Shown here: positions 60,135 to 64,000 of the stretch, piece by piece | Layout: each line of letters begins with the position of its first letter | Numbering within the stretch: position 1 is the stretch's first letter | Assembly (NCBI RefSeq): GCF_028641065.1 | Contig: NC_073403.1 | Span: 26,412,001-26,476,000 of the forward strand | Direction of reading: 5' to 3' | From: Leucoraja erinacea | Taxonomy: Eukaryota | DNA: 64,000 bases | Notes under the pieces: generated by a model | Seen by the model: only the letters and a program-made list of their open reading frames with translations | What the model was told of the DNA's origin: nothing | The model's database searches: none | Made by a program: the position numbers and the translations under genes

Positions 60135-60435
60135 TTTTAGTTTAGAGATACAGTGTGGAAACAGGCCCTTCAGCTCACTGAGTCCCTGCAGACGATCGAT
60201 CACCTGTTCACACTAGTTCTGTTATCCCGTTTTCTCATTAACTAATTTACAGAGACCTATTAACCTTGAAACCCGCATGTCTTTGGGATGCAGAAGGAAA
60301 TCAGGGCATCTGGAGGTAACACACATGGTCACAGAAAGAATGTGCAAACTTCACACTGACAACACCCCTGGTCAAGATTGAAGTCGGGTCTCTGGTGCTG
60401 AGAGTCAGCAGCTCTACCAGCTGTGCCACAGTTCC
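60135..60435 (-). mobile_element. HE1-type V-SINE
   Basis: Tail, core and head in reverse complement. Confidence 0.8.
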
Positions 60436-60639
60436 ATCCCATTGCATGTCAGACTTTGAGAAAAACAGATGATGCAGAAAGATTGGACTTTTAATCATTT
60501 GTGATGATAAAGAATTGAAATCACATAGCTTCCTCAATCTCAGAAAAATGCCATTGATTGATTGTGTCTGCCATAACTCGGTTGTAACCAATGTATCTCT
60601 GTGTCAGTAAACCAGGCCAACACTAATCTATAACATTAA

Positions 60640-60940
60640 AGGAGTGATGCACTGTCAATGATGCTTACTGAGGCCAGTCTCTCCATTCACTGGGATGGTA
60701 CTATTTCGAAGATGAACAGTGAAGTTTCCCCACAGGTAACACAATTAGTATTTGTCCCCTGATCGACACTGGCAAAACGAAAAATAATCTGGTATTTTCT
60801 CATTGCTACATGCGAGATCTTGCAGATTGGAATTTGTTCTTTGTATTGCCCGCAGTACTATTGTTCAAAAGCAATGTTAGCTGTAAAGTGCTTTTGAGAC
60901 ATCATGAAAGAGATTACATAAGTGTGTTTCTTTTTCTTTT
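60640..60940 (+). mobile_element. Old DeuSINE-like (SacSINE1-like) element
   Basis: GGAGTGATGCACTGTC..ATGGTACTATTTCGAAGA..ATCTGGT..CTCATTGCT..GCTGTAAAGTGCTTT, recalled as Deu-domain SINE sequence. Confidence 0.6.
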
Positions 60941-62239
60941 AGACAAGGCAGCAATACAAATGAGTTAAACTCAGGAAGGACTGATCATTTTAACAGTTCT
61001 ACCCGTCGACACCTAAGCCACTGTCCTGCCCATTTTACTCACTATAAAATACGGTAGTTAGTTCTGGGAACAGCCAGCATTATCATTCTCCTCATAAACC
61101 TACACCATACTTATCTATCAATGTAAGGAGCACGTGGTCCTTCAAACATAGTTGCCTCAATCACAGCATACATTACACCTCATGCATAACATCTCTGCTG
61201 GCAGTATCAACTATGAAGACAAAATTGACCATGATAATATATATTTGCCTCTCTTCCCTTTAAAAACAGCTAATAAATAAATGAACCAAAGGAATCTTGG
61301 AAATGGTGGATTTGATTATTTTCATTGGAGGGAATTATCTTGGGTGAAACCCATTATGAATGCAGATAACTGCAATTGACTTGGCCTACTAAATCTTAAC
61401 AACATAGTACTTTTTAATGAGAAATGTGTCCATTAGTGAGGCAGGCTTGCCCTGAAGGCACAGTATAAGGAGGAAAAAAGTTTCAGGATCCATTTGCCAA
61501 ATAATTGCGAAGTTACGGGCTGCTGTCCTCCAAAATGCAGATTAGTATTACTCACAGTGCATTCTGAAATCTAGTTATAAATAATTGATTCATGTATTTC
61601 CTTGTTTTAATAGAATAGCTCTTGTCTGTAGATAATCAGACACTGCATTGCAATTAAAAGATTTTTTTTTCCCTTCCTATTGGTACCGTACAAATCATCT
61701 CACTGAGCATCAAGGTTAGTTTTTCCCCACTTTATTTGAAGCAACTAAGTAATTTCAAAAGGAGGAATTTTTAATAGGAACGGAGCGTAGATTAATAGAT
61801 GATTCGAAACTTTGCTGATCTACCTGTCAAGGGTAGGATTTGCAATGACTTAATGCACATTATTGTCCATTTGGCAATGGCACTCTTCACCAGGATTGAA
61901 ATAATCACCACCGCAGTTCTCCTGCAGTTCTTAACTTCTATACCACTTTCCTTAAAAGCTGTGACCGGTCTGTGATTTGAAATAGATTACAATGTTTCCC
62001 ACTACCTGCACACCACCAAATTGTTATTTTCCTGATTTCAACCTCACTGCAGATTTTGTGTAATTGAGGAAACCCACACAGTCAACGTGCAAACCCCACA
62101 CAGGCAGCACCGGAGGTCAGGATCGATCCTGTGTCCCTACGGCTGTGAAGCAGCGGCTCCATCTACTGTGCCGTCGTGCCGCCGAAACATTCAAACTCTG
62201 GTGCCTGCCCCACTACTCAATAAGATAATTTATGGCAGA

Positions 62240-62395
62240 GATGCATAGATTCTTGATTAGTACCCATGTCAAGGGTTATGGGGAGAAGGCAGGAGAATAG
62301 GGTTAGAAGGGAGAGATAGACCAGCCATTATTTAATGGTGGAGTGGACTTGATGGGTCGAATGGTCTAATTCTGCTCCAACCACATGAACTTATC
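62240..62395 (+). mobile_element. CR1 3' end fragment
   Basis: GGGTTATGGGGAGAAGGCAGGAGAAT..GAATGGTCTAATTCTGCTCC. Confidence 0.75.
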
Positions 62396-62602
62396 AGACC
62401 TGATGTTTTGCCCTGGTGCTACTTTGCTGCTCTAAACATATCTTGAGATTCCTTTAATAACTAAAAAGGGATCAATCTGGTGAACATTCGCTGTGCTCAC
62501 TCTATTGTAAGGACATCCATCATTAAGAAGGAAGAGTAGACCTGTAAATACTCCTGAAGATGTGGTATTACCAGGGCCCTATATCAAGACGCCCTTCTAT
62601 AA

Positions 62603-62795
62603 CAAAGGTTTCTAACCTGGGGTAAATGTATTGATTCTGGATTTGTACATCTTTTTTCTTATTGACTGACTGTGTTTGGTTCTGGTATACCGGTATCTGT
62701 TCATCATTAGTTGTTCATAAATAAGTGAAGTAACATTGTTATGTGCTATTAAAGTTGCCAGGGGTAAACGGGACGAAAAAGGTTGGGAACCCCTG
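62603..62795. mobile_element. hAT (Charlie-type) MITE
   Basis: TIR CAAAGGTTTCTAACCT / AGGTTGGGAACCCCTG with perfect 8-bp TSD TTCTATAA (62595-62602, 62796-62803). Confidence 0.85.
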
Positions 62796-63089
62796 TTCTA
62801 TAAATTAGAGTACCACACGAATTACCTCTACCTCACTGGACTTTGTCAGGAATTGGTGCACTACAATGCTGAGATCTATATGCTGCATTCTTTATCTTCA
62901 CCTTTGCTCTACCTATTGCGCATGAGTTTGATGAATGTGTTTATGTAAGGTTTATGCAAGAGCAAAATTGAAGATATTAAATTTAATCCCATTATCCGAA
63001 TCACTGATGAAGAGTATGAAATGCTGAAACCCAGCATAAACATGAATATGTATTAAATTGCGGTATTATATTTACCACCTTCCAATCTA

Positions 63090-63370
63090 CGGGAGCTGTA
63101 GAGCTTCTCATTTGGTGCTAAAGACCCGTTTTCAATCCTGACTATGGGTGCTCCCTGTACGGAGATTATACATTCTCTCCATGACCGCATGGGTTTTCTC
63201 CAGGTGCTCCCACTTCCTCTTAACAGTCCAAACATATACAGATTTGTAGGTTAATTGGTTTTGCTAAAAATTGTAAATTGATCCTGGTTGCAAGATAGTG
63301 CTAGTGTACGGGGATCGCTGGTCGGCACGGACTCGGCGGGCCGAAGGGCCTGTTTCCGTGGTATATCTTT
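63090..63370 (+). mobile_element. HE1-type V-SINE
   Basis: Core and tail GGGCCGAAGGGCCTGTTTCCGTG. Confidence 0.8.
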
Positions 63371-63372
63371 TC

Positions 63373-63512
63373 GTTTTAGTTTAGTTTAGAGATAAAGCAT
63401 GGAAACAGACCCTTCAGCCCACTGAGGCGGCACCGACCAGCAATCCTCGCACACTTAGGCTATCCAACATTAGGGACAATTTACAATTATACCAAGCCAA
63501 TTAACCTACAAA
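63373..63512 (-). mobile_element. HE1-type V-SINE 3' part (resumes at ~63986 after a CR1 insertion)
   Basis: ..TAACCTACAAAC | CR1 | CAAACCTGTACGTCTT. Confidence 0.8.
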
Positions 63513-63972
63513 CATAGAAACATAGAAAATAGGTGCAGGAGTAGGCCATTCGGCCCTTCGAGACTGCACCGCCATTCAATATGATCATGGCTGATCATCC
63601 AACTCAGTATCCTGTACCTGCCTTCTCTCCATACCCCCTGATACCTTTAGCCACAAGGCTAACTCCCTCTTAAATATAGCCAATGAACTGGCCTCAACTA
63701 CCTTCTGTGGCAGAGAATTCCACAGATTCACCACTGTGTGAAAAATGTTTTTCTCATCTCAGTCCTAAAAGATTTCCCCGTTATCCTTAAACTGGGACCC
63801 CTTGTCCCCAACATCGGAAACAATCTTCCTGCATCTAGCCTGTCCAACCCCTTAAGAATTTTGTAAGTTTCTATAAGATCCCCCGTCAATCTTCTAAATT
63901 CTAGCGAGTACAAGCCGAGTCTATCCAATCTTTCTTCATATGAAAGTCCTGAAATCCCAGGAATCAGTCTGT
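63511..63972 (-). mobile_element. Young CR1 LINE 3' end nested in an HE1 SINE
   Basis: ORF 63728-63928 DRLGLYSLEFRRLTGDLIETYKILKG; (CATAGAAA)n tail. Confidence 0.9.
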
Positions 63973-64000
63973 CAGGACTGGAATCAAACCTGTACGTCTT

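Overview
This is eukaryotic, repeat-dense DNA, most likely from an elasmobranch (skate/ray-like; inferred from HE1-type V-SINEs and HER1-type CR1 LINEs). It has a 388-nt N gap (24817-25204). No complete protein-coding gene is present, and nearly all long ORFs are retroelement remnants or artefacts. The main contents are: young and old CR1 LINEs; Rex1/Babar fragments; about 20 HE1-type SINEs and older DeuSINE-like copies; an internally deleted Gypsy element with LTR and PBS; a non-autonomous Helitron; an L1 with a twin-priming 5' inversion; hAT-type and Harbinger-like MITEs; and many Penelope-type short elements with a minimal hammerhead-ribozyme motif, several as foldbacks with 12-16 bp TSDs. 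TE-free, AT-rich blocks look like conserved non-coding elements. Splice signals suggest the 3' end of an unidentified minus-strand host gene (50-nt exon at 47137-47186, candidate last exon from 38270). The most interesting items are the hammerhead foldback family, a twice-occurring ~400-bp ancient repeat with an invariant octamer core, the inverted L1, a locally templated inverted insertion inside a SINE, and unexplained CpG-rich fragments fused to Rex1 5' ends. Family names come from recognition by eye, not database searches, and boundaries of degraded repeats are approximate.
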